Assembly: GCA_051294375.1 (NCBI GenBank)
Contig: CM119264.1
Coordinates: forward strand, 18,979,590-19,043,589
Length of the DNA: 64,000 nt
Reading direction: 5' to 3'
Source of the DNA: Paraspadella gotoi
Lineage: Eukaryota > Animalia > Chaetognatha
This document shows positions 14,208 through 28,553 of the stretch, piece by piece. The position numbers and the translations under genes were made by a program. The notes under the pieces are model-generated. The model was given only the letters and a program-made list of their open reading frames with translations. It searched no databases and was not told the origin of the DNA. Position 1 is the first letter of the stretch; every line of letters starts with the position of its first letter.

Positions 14208-14590
14208 GTCGGTCTACCCGTCCGGACTCGTTCTCTCTGTCAGTCGAGCTGTCTGTACAGATGTACGCTATTTTTCTGTCTTTTTTGTCTGTACATGTAC
14301 ATGTATATGTACATTGTACATGTAGTTATTTTAAGTCTCTCTTTCTCTTTTCTTTCAGCCTGAAATGATTCTCTTTTTTTTTCGCCTCTTGTCTTTTCAC
14401 GTTATCACCTTCCTCGCAACGGCTTCGTTCTGTTCTCTTTTAAACGTTAACGGGTTATTTCTTAATAGAGTCATGGGGAATATAAGGGTGCATGAAGCGA
14501 GATATGAGCGGGCAATAAAACGAGAACGCGCTAATGGGATATGAAATGGGACCGGGGGAAAGAGATCTTAGGTGAAGTGAGAGAGAGAAA

Positions 14591-14629
<39 letters not shown>

Positions 14630-15660
14630 AGAGAGAAGAGAGAGGAGAAGAGAGAGAGAAAGAAGAGAGAGAGAGAGAAAGTCGAGGGGAGTCGTTATCG
14701 ATTGTCGGGCGATTCGAGGACTCAGCCAATCGGGTAAAGAATGGAGGATGGAGGAGGGGGTGGCGCCGTGGCGGTGCTTGAGGATTAACTCAATCATAAT
14801 AGTTTCAGTTGACCTAGGTCAAAACAATTAGTTGGATATGGCTCCTCATTTAGTACCTCTCCTACCTTTTCCTATTGTTTTTAACTTTATTATTGTTCCA
14901 CTTGTAGTACTTCGTTTCATTGTTTCTCTTTATGTTTTTTGCCTTGAAATGACCTCGAGCATTACTAAAAATATGATTAGTAAGCATACTAATAATCTTC
15001 TGTATAAATATTCTCAGGTGAACCTCGAAACAAAAACAGATGTGAGACTAAGATGAGGATGATGATGATTTCAGGGTAAGGACAAAAAAACAATGACGAG
15101 GCCCAAGCGAAGGGGTCGGGCCAATCGCCTTCGGGTCGATGGTCCGCGAAATGGGGTTAAGAAGTTTGGACGAGACTCGAGTTCATTCGCCAGATTCTTT
15201 TTTGATCCTCAAATGGGCGGAGACGGCGGAGTGATATTCGTTCGCAGTTGCCCTTGGTCGCTGTGATACTTTCTGTTTCCAGGGGTCATCGTTCGCAGTG
15301 ATACTGTGTCACGGTGACATTGTTTTTCATATTTTTTTGGGAAAAAATCACAGAAATTGCCGGGGAAAAAAGGTTGAGATGATCCCATCTCGCATCCGAA
15401 AAACAAATCCGACGCAGGAGACGCTCAAGATTTCTCCAGAGGGCGTCACTTTCTTTTTCATTTTCCTTTTTTTCTTTCATCGCAAAGCGATCGTCGACCT
15501 CCGTCGATCTTTTGTTGATCAGTTTGACGCGAAAAGAAATCTGTTTGGGTCGCGACGCGGAATCCGATTCTATTCTTAAACGAAACGCGACGGAGAAATA
15601 CGAGAATTTGGCGCCGCCCGATAAAAGGGAGAGGGAATTGCAAATTCTCCGACATACAAT

Positions 15661-15754
<94 letters not shown>

Positions 15755-16202
15755 AGGGGAAAATATGTGATGAAATAAGGCCGGGCTGGAAATGGGTCGG
15801 GGGAAGCGAAAAAATAATAAGTCGATATCAAGTCTGGTTAATTTGGCAAAACTTAAAAAAAGAAAGCCTTCTTTCTGACAAGGTCTTTTGTCCTGATAGT
15901 TTTCTTTATATTAATGCCCGGTCTTCTTTTTCAACTTTGTCGTCGTCTTTTTCGTCGTGATCTGAATTCATTAAAATAAATGCTAATCTTTCTTTAAACT
16001 GAGTCATTTCTTTTCGCGGTCGGCGTTGGCGCGCGCCAGTATTTTACATCATAAAGACGAATTCGAAAAAAAATTCTCGCTCCCTTTTTTTCCTTTCTTC
16101 GTCGTCGCTCTTTCTCTTTCCAATTTTAAAACAAACGTTTAAAACGTTTTAAAATATTTCGAAATTTGAAAATATGACAGAAAAGATTTAGTTTTGGGCT
16201 CA

Positions 16203-16308
<106 letters not shown>

Positions 16309-17399
16309 TTGCGGTCTGAATGAAGGGGACGAAGTCGATGTTGACTTTGCGTAAGATCTAATTACTCCGATGGATCAATTCGCTCCATCATTAGTGACTT
16401 GTTTACTTATCTCGCGACTGTTTTTGAATGGCTTCTTGTCGATGGTGGAGCGAAGGAAATGGTCGCTGTGGTTAGATTGCGCGCGAGAAAAGACGAGGAA
16501 GGAGGAAGGAGAGAAGAGTGAAAGAAGAAAGAAATCGTTTTGAAGATGTTGAGAAATTATTAAAAAAAAAAGAAATCAGGAAAAGATATTAAAATGAGAA
16601 ACTTAAAAAAATCGCGAGGGGAAGCGGAGAACGAACGTGAAGGAAAGATCAAATATTTTTCCCGGATTAATTTTAGATTATTAATGGTTTGTTTTGATGA
16701 CTGATTGTCATAGTAAAAATTCAAAAATGCCATTGATTTCTTAAATAGAAAATAAACTATTAGTAATCTCCTAGGCGGCCTTAGTTAACTCCCTCTCTCC
16801 TTCCTACCCACATACCTTTCTCTTATATTTCCTGTAATCTACTTAAAACTGTTGTTTTGTTTATTTCCCAATAGTTGTGCTTTTTTCTGTGTTTCGCTTA
16901 ACTGCGAATATCCGCCGTCTTTTGTTTTGTTGTGTCATCGACGAAAAAGAAGCCGAGAAAAACGACGACAAAAAGAACAACAATAACCACACGGACAGGC
17001 CTCGTCTCTTCTAACGAATTAACAGCAACGCCGCCTTAAATTCCCTTTTTTCTCAATTCATTAATTCCACAATTTCTCAATTCCTCTCTTAATTTCATCG
17101 GTTCGATTCTGGCAGAAGATCCCAGCTTGTTCCACGTATCGCGTTGCAACATAATGACCAGAGAGCTGAGCCTCAGTGAAGATTCGAAATAAGGCGAGGG
17201 AGATTTAGTCAAATCTCTTGGGGATTATGTCTCCTCTGAATGGCGGCTCTGTATCTTCAAATGGAGGCTGCGACAACTGCGGTGACGACGACGACGACGA
17301 CGCTGCCGCCGCTGCGGCCGCTGTGGCCGATGCTACTGGTGCATTTTTTGGGGGTGAAAGCTCTTTGTGAGCGACGGCGTGAACAGCATTAAAAGGGAT

Positions 17400-17980
17400 A
17401 GAGGAAAGATGAGACCGATGACGATATAAAAAGCACAGATGCGTATACTAAATGAGATGGGTTTGAATTCCAACTACAATTGGGATGGGATGGAGCGACG
17501 TAAAAAATTAAGTCAATTCGTTTAAAGTCAATTGGTGTTGGAAGCGAATATCTTTGGAAGCGGAAGCGTTGAAGGAGTTTTCGATGTGAACGCGTCATTG
17601 GGCAGATAAAACGTAAAGAGGAGTGAGACGGGGCAGAAGAGACAAAGGGATAAAGGTAATAAAAGAACCCCAGGGCAGCGGAGGGGCGATAGAAATAAGT
17701 TACCCTCCACCGAATGGTAGGGGAGGAAACCGTAAGGAAAAAAAACCGCTTCGGGGCAGAGATGGGTAATCGTAACGAATGATCCCCTAGGGTGGGAGGT
17801 GGGGAATTTGAGTGCGCAATGCCACACTGTGTACAGAACGCCGGAGGGAAAAAGAGGAAAAATAAATTGTAAACGAGGCTCGGGGAATTTCGAATGGACG
17901 GGGTAAGGAAAAAAATGCAACTGACACCGAGCATGTGTGAGGACATAAACCTGAAACGTTGTTCAGGATCTTGCAGAAAA
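17400..17980 (-). mobile_element. Degenerate APE-type endonuclease of a non-LTR retrotransposon
   Basis: Minus-strand motifs in the expected order across frames: KILNNVSGL (NVxGL), GIAH, VTYFYRPS (YRPP/YAP), PTPIDFKRIDLIF (RIDxIF), NPSHLV (SDH-like). Confidence 0.5.
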
Positions 17981-19330
17981 ACGTAAGAAAAAATAATTGT
18001 GTTTTAAGCAAAGATTTTTATAAATAAATCTAATGATTTAATGTCGGAGAACGTTAGAAAAGGAATAAAAACCACCTAATATATGTATTGTATGTGTATT
18101 GTATATGTAATGTCGTATATAGTAGTATATAACTATAGATTACTCCGTGTCACAAACTAGTGACACCATAGGCACCGTTCTTTGCTGTAGAAAGATATCT
18201 GGAATGGGAGAGATGAAAAAATCAAAAGTCCAGTATGACGAGGGACGGAGGGAGGTCGCAACAATGCAGACGACTCGACATGAAAGAGAAAGGAAAGTAA
18301 AAATAAGGTTGAAGAAAATAGTATGCCTCGCCTGTCTCTTTCTTTCTCTCATACATTTCGCCAATTTTCACCGCTCTTTTTTATATGATTTTTATATTGA
18401 AATTTGGAGAGAGATGAGAGGAATCTTTAGTCACTATTTGGGCGTAGGGTAAAAAGTAAAGACGAGGCGTTAAAAGAAATTACCATCATGGATTAGGCAA
18501 AGGATGAAGAAACGATCGGCCCTCGAAAATAGAAAAATGAAAGAGCGACGAGATGGGGAAGGGAGGGCTAGACTGGGCTGGGGGGGGAAAGGCTTTTCTA
18601 GACGGAGAAAAGGGTTGGGTAAGGAAACTGGCAATTGCGGAGCAGTCCTCGATTGGTCGTCGGAATCAATGACAACGATAAAACCAATGACAAGACGATA
18701 AGCAATAAGCTTCAATGATGGGGTAACGACTTTGATCAATACAGCGGCTGCTTTCTCAGCAACAATGTTAAGGTTGTGGGAATATCTTCGACTATCGTAG
18801 CAATGAATATGACTTTGTTGTGGGAAATAATTTCAGTGACCCTATCTGCGGAGATGATGATGTGGCTATAAAGCCAGTGATAACCTCACCATTCGGCAGC
18901 GGCATGGAGGCGGCGACAGCAGCAGCGGCGTCCGCGGTATCTGCGGCGGTAACGGCTACGGCGACCGACTCTGCCTTTTCAATTGCTAATTCTCGTCTAA
19001 TCGCGTCACTTCGAAAGTTGTTTCTGTGGGCGGATTAGTTTTCTTTTTTTTTTTCATTTTTAGGACGCGATGAAAATTTGTTTTTATTTTCCATTCGTTC
19101 AGGATCTAAAATTAAATTGTAATACAATTTACAAAGCACATTTTGTTAACTAGAAAATAAAAAAAAACTTTATTTAAGTTTTATTCACAATTCACTTCAG
19201 CTTTCTCTTTTCCAAAAAATATTTTGAGAGAAATACTTTGGTAATCCTTTCGTTTTGAAAGGCAACTTTATGGATGAGATAAATGAAAAAGAGTCAAAAT
19301 TGACAAAACACACACAAACGACGAGATTGG

Positions 19331-19362
<32 letters not shown>

Positions 19363-20709
19363 AAAAAAAAACTGGCTAAAAAACAAAAACCAGAAGATGG
19401 AAACATTGGAAGCCGCAAATGGAAGCGAGCTGCTGTAAATTGAATTTTCACCAACCGTTCGGAAAACAAGAAAACGTCTTTTTTTTTTCTAGGGCTTTGA
19501 AAGTTGTTTTGAACAACATTTCATCGTCTTTTTCGAGCGTATGCGGAAGACAAAGAGAAGTCAATAACTCACTCTCAAGTATAGTCGTCGCTGGATATTA
19601 AATTGTCCCCATGAACATATTTGTTACTTTTCATTTTCTATATCTTCTACCCTAACAGATTCTAAGTAAAAAAAGAAAATCAAATCTGTCTCTTTAATAT
19701 TTCCATTTCTGGCTAAATTACGAGATGAAGTAACTCCTCTGTTTTGTTAAATAATGTCGAAAACATTTTCAAATTGTACATCGGTATCATTATGTGGTGT
19801 TTTTTAAATGAAGCCATTTAAAAACTATCGTGGGCGAAGTTTATCCCCGACCCCCTTCTTCTGGGCCACAGCCCCTCTACCCTACGGAGGCGTCCTCCCG
19901 GCCCCCAAGCGGCTGTTTTCTGCAAGATTGCGAAAAGACAAAAGACGCCATAGGATTCCCGTGGATTTTACAGTCGCCCGGCGCGGGAGAAGATAGGAAA
20001 AGAACAAGAAAAAAATGAAAGGAGAGATGAGAGAAAAAGTTAAAACTAAAAAAGTTAAAAGGGGGGATTTAAAGGAATTATGGAACAGGGAAATTACATG
20101 ATAAAGGAACTAGCTCTAATGGAGTGAAAGAAAGAAATCATTAGAAACCAGGGAGAGTAAGTAAATAAAAACGAAGTTAACATGTTTTTTTTGGAACGTT
20201 TAAAATATTATAAATACATCCAAATAAAAAACAATTTTCATAATTGACTCATAATAGATAAAGAATCTTTTTCATTACGGCCGTCGTAATATATAACTTT
20301 TCATAGTCTGAGAACTTACCATCTGCAAGGTAAGCTTTTGCAATTCTGCGATAAGTCTCAGAGCAGCATTTTCTATCCCCAAAGCGTTTTGGCCGATGGC
20401 GTCGGGTATTTTGGCAGTCAGCGCGTTTCGTTCCCAATTTTCCTATTGACCTCATAAACAGAAGAGAACGATTTTTATAAACAAGTCAGTAAATTGCAGC
20501 CTCAAGACACAAAAACCAATACACACATTACACATAGATGAATTTTTGATGAGCCATTCGAAAGCTTTTTCGTGACTTTTCTTTCTTTCTTTCTTTCTTT
20601 CTTCTTTGTCTGTCTGTCTGTCTTTCTGGCTTTTTATTTAGATTTTTCGATTTAAGAATTTTATCAATCTCAATCATCCAACCCCTACGAACCCTCACCC
20701 ATCAAACAG

Positions 20710-20896
20710 GACGCCGGGACCTACAAATGCGGGAATGTGTTGGCCGCGACCCTGATCGTCGTTTCGCTGCCCTTTTGTTCCCCCGAGGACCCGAAGACGA
20801 TAGAGGGCGAACCGTTGACGTTCGCCTGCCGCGCACACTCCGTCGGCGGACCCGGTCCTCTGCTCTCTTGGTCCCTGGGGGAGAGGGACGGATTGG
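20710..20896 (+). CDS. IgSF receptor exon, end of Ig1 and start of Ig2
   Basis: caaacAG|gac...ttg g|GTGAGT, 187 nt, phase 0 to 1. Encodes DAGTYKCGNVLAATLIVVSLPFCSPEDPKTIEGEPLTFACRAHSVGGPGPLLSWSLGERDGL. Confidence 0.92.
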
Positions 20897-21303
20897 GTGA
20901 GTCGTGGGAGAGGGAGCCTTGTTTTCGTCAGAGGGGAAGGGTGGGTAAGTCGAAAGATAAAAAACGTTTCGCTCCTCAAGTTGCGGGGGAGATGTATTGT
21001 GCAAAAATGTGTCACGAATGGAATACTGCAGCGCCGATTTTGAGGTCGTTTTTCGGGCAATGAGTTTGACATTGTTAAATGTGAAAATCGTGACTGGGGT
21101 GAGGTTAATAAAAACTTGCGAGTCGCATTACAGCAAAGCCAAGCTAAGTAAAACTATGATTTTTCGGCGGACAAATGGCAGTTTATTCCCTAAAAACATT
21201 CATACTGAGGTCAAAAGAGCGATGGAAATGGGATAAATCAATGATGGAACCGTCGGGAAGCGGTGCGTGGAAAATGGCAAGGAATCGTCGGAATAATTTC
21301 CAG

Positions 21304-21388
21304 AGTGGAAAGGAATGCGATTCAACGACCTTTTACGTTCGCTCTTCCTCAAGAACCCGTGACCTCCTCGCTCAATCACGTGACGAAG
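21304..21388 (+). CDS. Possible small exon in Ig2 (needs one base removed)
   Basis: aatttccAG|ag...gaa g|GTCTTG. The 85 nt are one too many for phase 1 to 1. Removing one C at 21329-21330 gives EWKGMRFNDFYVRSSSRTRDLLAQSRDEG and would fill the short C-E interval of Ig2. The donor is weak. Confidence 0.3.
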
Positions 21389-21725
21389 GTCTTGAAAAAA
21401 GGGGAAAGTGATGGATTCGGTGAATGCGAAATCGAAGGATGATTGATGGGTGACTCTCTCTCTCTCTCTCTCCCCTCTCTCTCTCTCTCTCTCTCCTCTC
21501 TCTTCTCTCTCTCTCTTTCTCTCTCTTTCCATCCCTCGCCCCTTCTTTTTCTCCTATTATATATTCTAACCTCATTTTTCCCTCCTTTATTTTTTTCCGC
21601 AAAAACCAACACGTGAATTTCGGCGTGACCAGCTGCTTCGGAAATCGAGTCACAAAAACAAATTTCGCGCTTTGCGAAGCGGAATTTTTTCCCTCTCAAA
21701 ATAAGAAAAAGTTTTAAAACCTGTT

Positions 21726-21756
<31 letters not shown>

Positions 21757-21757
21757 T

Positions 21758-21840
<83 letters not shown>

Positions 21841-21847
21841 TCTCTAG

Positions 21848-21994
21848 GCATTCCCTCCCAAGTAGGCAGTATATTCTATCTCCAAACTCCAATACAAACC
21901 ACATTTCTCCGACCTTGGGAAGATCCTCAAATGTTCCATCACCCATCACAAAGACTGGAACGCCTCCGTTCCGATGCCATCTTGCTCTTACCAG
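21848..21994 (+). CDS. IgSF receptor exon, second half of Ig2
   Basis: The frame from 21866 gives AVYSISKLQYKPHFSDLGKILKCSITHHKDWNASVPMPSCSYQ (C2/nephrin-like S-x-L...D-x-G-x-x-L-x-C). Donor cag|GTGAGG at 21995. The acceptor is either tctctAG|21848 (needs one G removed at 21865-21866) or gcAG|21870 (phase 1, no correction needed). Confidence 0.85.
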
Positions 21995-22234
21995 GTGAGG
22001 AGACGACGTGGCGCTCAAAGCTTGTTGTGCCCGTCTGGGCTCAAAGCGTGCCGGCAGAGACGATCGCATTTTATAGAGAAAATTTAAAAAAATTGATAAA
22101 TTCGCCTTTGTCAACTTAGAAATTTGGTTTTTGTTATTGTGTCTACTGTATTTTTATTTCAACTTACGATTTAATATGAGTTTGAGAAATTACCATATTA
22201 TGAAAAAAAGGGGTCAATTTATTGTTATTTTTAG

Positions 22235-22354
22235 TTGATGGACATAAAATTCAAGCCGAAAATCGACTGTCCTCGGCGTCAAGTGGTTTACGAAGGATTC
22301 ATGAAGTACAACGTTACTTGCAAAGTTTACGGAAACCCACCGGTGCCGTTGCAG
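22235..22354 (+). CDS. IgSF receptor exon, start of Ig3
   Basis: ttatttttAG|ttg...cag|GTGAGA, 120 nt, phase 0 to 0. Encodes LMDIKFKPKIDCPRRQVVYEGFMKYNVTCKVYGNPPVPLQ (C-x-V-x-G-N-P motif). Not in the ORF track. Confidence 0.9.
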
Positions 22355-22597
22355 GTGAGAACTGTTGGGGATAGAGTTGCCATGGGCGATGACGGTATAC
22401 ACTTTACATGATAAACATTATACATTATACAATATACATGTAATATAGGACAGATGACGGTTTCCACTGATTTTAGGGTTAGTTTTAAATAATCGAAAGC
22501 GGTTTTATACATCATCGACAAAAAAAAAATTATCTTGGTGTACTTAGCTTACCGTAATAGTCGGAAATTAGAGAGAGAGAAAGAGGGAGAGAAAAGA

Positions 22598-22732
<135 letters not shown>

Positions 22733-23207
22733 GGCATGACAAAGAACGTTTTTAATTTGAAAGCTAAAGAATTTCGTGACAAAAAATTATCAAACTTGAG
22801 CGAATCGAAAATCTATAAATCAAATCAGTTACAATTACCAAAACTCCATAAATTACTAAGCTTTGGCGGCAAGCTCGGTCTCATTTGTCTGCCTCCTTTC
22901 ATTGTCGGATTCCCTTCCCTTTGCGTCGCGGTCACCCGATCTCCTCACCAATCCTTTCTGCAGATGGCGTCCCTCCATTCCGCTCTCCGGTGATTTAGTT
23001 TCACGACCGCTCCTATCTTTTTACAAAACGAACCGATGATGCTCGGTTACAAAATACTAAAAGATTGTACGTACATTATACAAGGATAGAGAAAGAAAAG
23101 ATAATGTATAATATACAAATTAACTTGTGGAATGATAAAAGGGATAGCTAGTTCCATTGGATGGGAGAGAAAAATACGTAAGAAAGAGAAAGAAAGAGAG
23201 AGAGAGT

Positions 23208-23267
<60 letters not shown>

Positions 23268-25289
23268 ATGTTATTACTATTAATTACATGCTTTTCGGAA
23301 TTTAGGAATGTATTTTTCCGTCCATGAACCTGTAAAGTGAATCGTTAACCAATAGAGCAAAGGTCAGAGGAGAATTCGTGACTCACATGGCGAACAGCGA
23401 CACAGCCGCCCCTCCCGGATGTAAAGGCAACGACGACAACAATAGAAAAATTCCATCACTGATAAGAAAAACGAGGAAGGAGATGAAAAAAGATTTGACG
23501 TCTCTGATGAAACCAAACGTCTGAACGTCTGAACGGCGCGGAGAAAGGGAGAAAGTAAAAAAGATGAAAAAAAGATGGAATTGCAAATGGTGAATGTTCA
23601 AGTAGTGAATCACTACTAGTGATGTATGTTTTTACGTATGTTCAGTAAAGAAAGTTGAAAATTGAAGAAGTAAAGGTTGAGAAAATAATGACTCAAAATG
23701 CAATGAACCGGTTCATTTCTTGGTCATATAAATTTATCGTGCGTTAAATATAAACTACGTTATCTTATTTTTAAATCTCAGTTTTATACTTACTACAAGT
23801 AATTTTTCATCCAAGTATTTTTTCATATTATTTTAATGTGTAAATGTGTAACATCTCATGACGTAGGGGATTTACCACGAAAGGTTGAAAAGAGAGTACA
23901 TGATTTTAAGGGAAAATGAAAAAGAATAGCAGAAAAAAATCGCGAAAAATATCCAGAAAACAAAGATAAGGATAAGAGAAAGAGAAAGAATAAAGAAAAG
24001 AAAGTGGAGAGAGCAAAAAGCGTTGATCGATTTTTCTCGAAGTAAAACAGATTCGGAAAGTTGGACGGAAACCGAAAACATGTTAAGAGCGGACGGGCGG
24101 AAACGGGAAGAAAGCCGGGGATTGGAAAGTATCGGGATCGGGGAAAAGATGGCGGGGGATCAGCGGGGAGGGGATGGGCTTATTTTGAATGAGAAAATCG
24201 GTTGAAATGGGAATTTGTGTGAGTAAGGGGGATTGACGGGGTGAACGGTAAAAGGTCTTTTTTTAATGGGGAGATGATAAACATAAACAGGGAAAATTCG
24301 CAATATGATATTTTGATAAGGGATTAGGTTATCGGGAGGATCAAAAAATTTTCGTATAGACTATAAAGATAAAAAAATTATAAACATGAAACAAGGCGGA
24401 ATTCCAGCGCGTTTCTCTTCAATGACATCGTAAAGGATGTTTGTATCATCAAAAGCAGTAAGTTAAATAAAAGTCTGAAACATCAAAATGATCTTTGCGA
24501 TAAACTACATGTCAAAGAATCGATGATGCAGTAAAATAGGATAAAAAAATCTCGACTCACATGACGACGACGATGACAACGCCGACGAAGACGACCACGA
24601 CGACGACGTAAAACCGACGTTGACTTTTTTTCCGCGGCGGAGGCGACGTCAAACGGACGACGGCGTCTTTCCTCTTCGCTTCCGGTTTTTGGCGTCGATT
24701 CGATTCGACGTCGCGTCAACTAGCGATGAATATAAAATGAAAATCAAGGACCGAAGGAAAAAGAAATAAAAGAAAATCTAGAACTAAGAACATTGAACGA
24801 ATAGAAAGGGAAAAAATTGATGCCAATTAACGAGAGAAAAAAAACCGAAAAACAAAAAAAAAAATAATAAATAAAAGTAATGTCTTAAAAAAAAAAGGAC
24901 GTAGATAAAAATTTTCGGGAAAACGAAATTATAAAACAGCTGTCCTTGTGTTACTTTAATTAGTTTCATAATGTTAGTAAAAGAAATAGAAAGTTTAGTT
25001 TTCTGCGTATATTGTTAGATACGACGGTTCAGACGTAAAAAACGAACGTCATTGTGACTGCAGTCACTACTGTTAATACTGTCTCTAGCTATAAAAGTAT
25101 CCGTAACATTACTAGTCGACGCCGCATCTTAAACTTGAAGCGTATGGAACTTTTTTTCTTTCTGTCGCGAACCAAAAAAAAAAGTATTTGGCAATCGGCA
25201 CTTTGGAAATTCGACGTCGAACGGGGAATAAGAATATGATAATAGGATTTGAAAACAATAAATGTTTCAGGATTCCCGAGGGAGGTTAA

Positions 25290-25980
25290 AAAGAGGAAGT
25301 TAGGAAAGAGGGGAATGAACAGGGAGAAAAGGAAAGGGAAAAAAGGTGATGTTAGGAAAGAGGGAAGAGATGATGGGAATGATCAGGGAGAAAAGAAAAG
25401 GGAAAAAAGGCGCGAACGTTAGAAAGAGGGAAGAGATGATGGCAATGAAGGGAGAAAAGAAGGAAAAAAGGTTGATGTTAGGAAGAGAAGGAGTTGTGGG
25501 ATGAACATGGAGAAAAAGGAAAGGGAAGAAAGAGGGAAGTTAGGAAGAGGGAAGAGTTGATGGGAATGAAACAGGGAGAAAAGGAAAGGGAAAAAAGAGG
25601 AGTTTAGGAAGAGGGAAGAGATGATGGGAATGAACACGGGAAAGGAAAGGGAAAAAGAGGAAGTTAGGAAAGAGGGAAGAGATGATGGGAATGAACAGGG
25701 AGAAAAGGAAAGGGAAAAAGAGGAAGTTTAGGGAAAGAGGGAAGAGATGATGTGGAATTGACAGGGAGAAAAGGAAAGGGAAAAAGAGGAAGTTAGGGAA
25801 GAGGGAAGAGATGATGGGAATGAACAGGGAGAAAGGAAGGGAAGGAAAGAGGAAGTTATGCGAAAGAGGGAAGAGTTGATGGGAATGAACAGGGAGAAAA
25901 GGAAAGGAAAAAGAGGAACGTTAGGGAAAGAGGGTAAGAGTTGATGGGAATGAACAGGGAGAAAAGGAAAGGGAAAAAAG
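25290..25980 (+). repeat. Purine-rich minisatellite, unit about 59-60 bp, about 11-12 copies
   Basis: Unit approximately GAGGAAGTTAGGAAAGAGGGAAGAGATGATGGGAATGAACAGGGAGAAAAGGAAAGGGAAAAA. Confidence 0.92.
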
Positions 25981-26789
25981 GGGAGGGAGGAGAAACTGGG
26001 AGTTTGTCGGCAGAGGAGAAGGAAGAAATCATTTAAGGAAAGAGGAAGTCTGAGGAGATAGCAAAAAAAAAGAATAAAGCACGGAGCAATTGGAGCGCGG
26101 AGCGCAGAGAAGGAAAATTTGTTTATCCATCAACAACGTGCGCCGCATCGAAGTCGAGAAAGGTGAGAGGAGGAGGGAAAAGAGAAAATGAGGAGGAGAT
26201 TGGTAAGTTCAGATGAAGAACAGAGGAGCTTAGAAAATTGTGGAGGAGAGCGAAAGGGATTGGGATCAACGCAAGCGTCGAGGAAAAGGTAAGATTAAAA
26301 TCGGAACTGATTAGAAAAAGTAAGTGACCGAGATTCCCGAGATAGTCAAGGGAGTGGCAACGGCTATGAGGAGCTATTTGAATGAGACCTGGTGATGATA
26401 GTGATAAAGTCTACAAAGTAAGTGCGTCAGTGGCAAATTTTGTAGTAATGACGTGATTTTCTATACTGCAATAAACAGATTAAAGGCGAAGCCAGATAAT
26501 TTGGTAGTTAAAAGTGACGGAAAACAATCTCAGACAAGGTGAGCGAATTGTGATTGTAATGTGGTGATTTTATGATCGAATTTTTAAATTCGTGATTTGA
26601 TGGGAGGTAGTATGAGATGGAAGCGGGAACTCCGAAGCCGCAAAAATAAATAATAAAGATTTGATAGCCTAAGCGGCCGCGCAATTGATGAAACGCGTTT
26701 CAGAAAAAAAAAAAAAAATAACAATATAATTTCCTATTTTTGCTTTAAAAAAATTCTTAGCAATGTTGTTTTTTTGTTATTTTTGTTGT

Positions 26790-27260
26790 GTTTTTTAACC
26801 CCCAAAAAGAAAGCTACAATTCTTGAGCTTTGGAAGACGGGTTTGTCAAGATATAGGAACGTCAAACAGTTGAATTTCTCTCCCACCGCCATCTGCAGAG
26901 TTGTCAATAAATTTGAAGCAACTGGAGACCTTGGAGGAACTGTTGGAAGCGGGCTGCTTCACATGTCCATGGAGAGTGAGGACGATGACCTGATAAGTCT
27001 CGCAATTCAAGACCGTAAGGCTTCTGCAAATCAGTTGAGAAAAAAAAGATAGAAGAAAGCGGAATTGTCGCAAGTCGTTCAACACTGAATAGGCGGATTT
27101 TCATGGATGATGGAGCTCCAGGACACAAAGCCAAAGCCACCCAAAGATGGCTTGAGGAAAATGAGAAAAAAATCATCAAAAACGTCTGGTCAATGATCAA
27201 GAGGGAGATGTCGCAGTACAACGCAAAGACAGTTAACAAAATCAAATGAATCGTAAAAAG
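26790..27260 (+). mobile_element. Decayed, internally deleted Tc1/mariner-superfamily (Tc1-like) transposase
   Basis: N-terminal HTH-like KKATILELWKTGLS...LNFSPTAICRVVNKFEATG...GSG...EDDDLISLAIQDRKASANQLR, then after stops the DDE-region motifs IFMDDGAPGHKAKATQRWLEEN and IKNVWSMIKREM. The WP..SPDLNP segment and first catalytic Asp region are missing. Confidence 0.8.
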
Positions 27261-28450
27261 GCGTTTGGTGGGAGCTGAGCCCTTCAATTTTGCGCAGCTT
27301 CTACGACTCTCTCCCTCGTCCCACTCCCTTGTCTGGCCAAGGAAATGAAATACTACCGCTAGATTATGTATAAATATATATCGATAATAAAAAAAGTAAA
27401 GTAGCAAATGCTGTGAAGATGGAACAATTTGATAGAAGAAAAGTTAGAGGAAACAAAGCAAAGCTGGGAAGGGAAACGTAATGTCAAGCAATTATAGAAA
27501 TAGCTAAAAATAAGAAGGGACTAAGTCAGCAGAAGCGGAAGTCCTGCATCAAGCAGAAGCGGAAGCGGATCTGTCTGCGCCGACGGTTATTAAGCGGCTT
27601 TCGACAGAAACTCCGCCGCGATTACGACGATTCGAACGATTGAGCAAAACCATTCGGCGAACATCAAAACAACAACACGATTCCCAGATGAAATTCAGAG
27701 GCGGAAATTCCAAGGACTCGCGCCGAAAATTTGTGAAATGTCGGAGACAAAATATAGTTGGGCTTCGCGCTGAAAACGTCGTTGTTGATATTGTTGTTTT
27801 TATTGTTGGTGTTGTTTAAACAGAACTCGAGATCTCCCGTTTTTCAAATATTTACTTTTCGGAAATTTAGACCGAGCTTGAAAGACGCTACCACAAATCG
27901 CTATTGCAACAACCATTTGAGCGTTCATGGAGTTTCAATAATCCTTATTTAATGAAGTTAATTAAATCCGAGAAAGAGAAAACAGAGAGAGAGAGAAAAA
28001 AAAAATAAAAAAAGAAAAGAAAAAACTAAAAAAGAGAAATAAGAGAAGAAAGAACTTAAAAAAACAGAAAGACAGAAAGAAAGAAAATAGAGGCAAAGAA
28101 TGAGGATAAAGAAAGTGGGAGTCCAAACTGAGGAAAGGAGTAAGCGACAGACGTGCCACGTTAGACAGATCGACGTGCCGAAGAGAAGACGAACCGATCA
28201 CGGGAAAAAAAATTGTAAGCCGGTTGTCGTCTGTGTCACACGAAAGCCACCCGTGATGGCTGTGAAAGCTGTGATCGGGTGACGTCAGAAGGGGAGAGAC
28301 AAGGACGCGTTCCCAACATTCACAACTCAGGGCGTCGACGTAATGTATCGCCATTCACTGAAATTCTGATCCTCACCTGGCGCCATTCATCATCGTCAGC
28401 GTCCAAAACCTAAAACGCTCAATTTACACAATTTTTTCCCCACGCTTTAG

Positions 28451-28499
<49 letters not shown>

Positions 28500-28520
28500 T
28501 CTCTCTCTCCCTCTCTCCCT

Positions 28521-28553
<33 letters not shown>

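Noticed and set aside
25290-25980. Regular array resembling CRISPR (also 45105-45880)
   Set aside because: Units are contiguous with no unique spacers, there are no cas genes, and the context is a eukaryotic intron.
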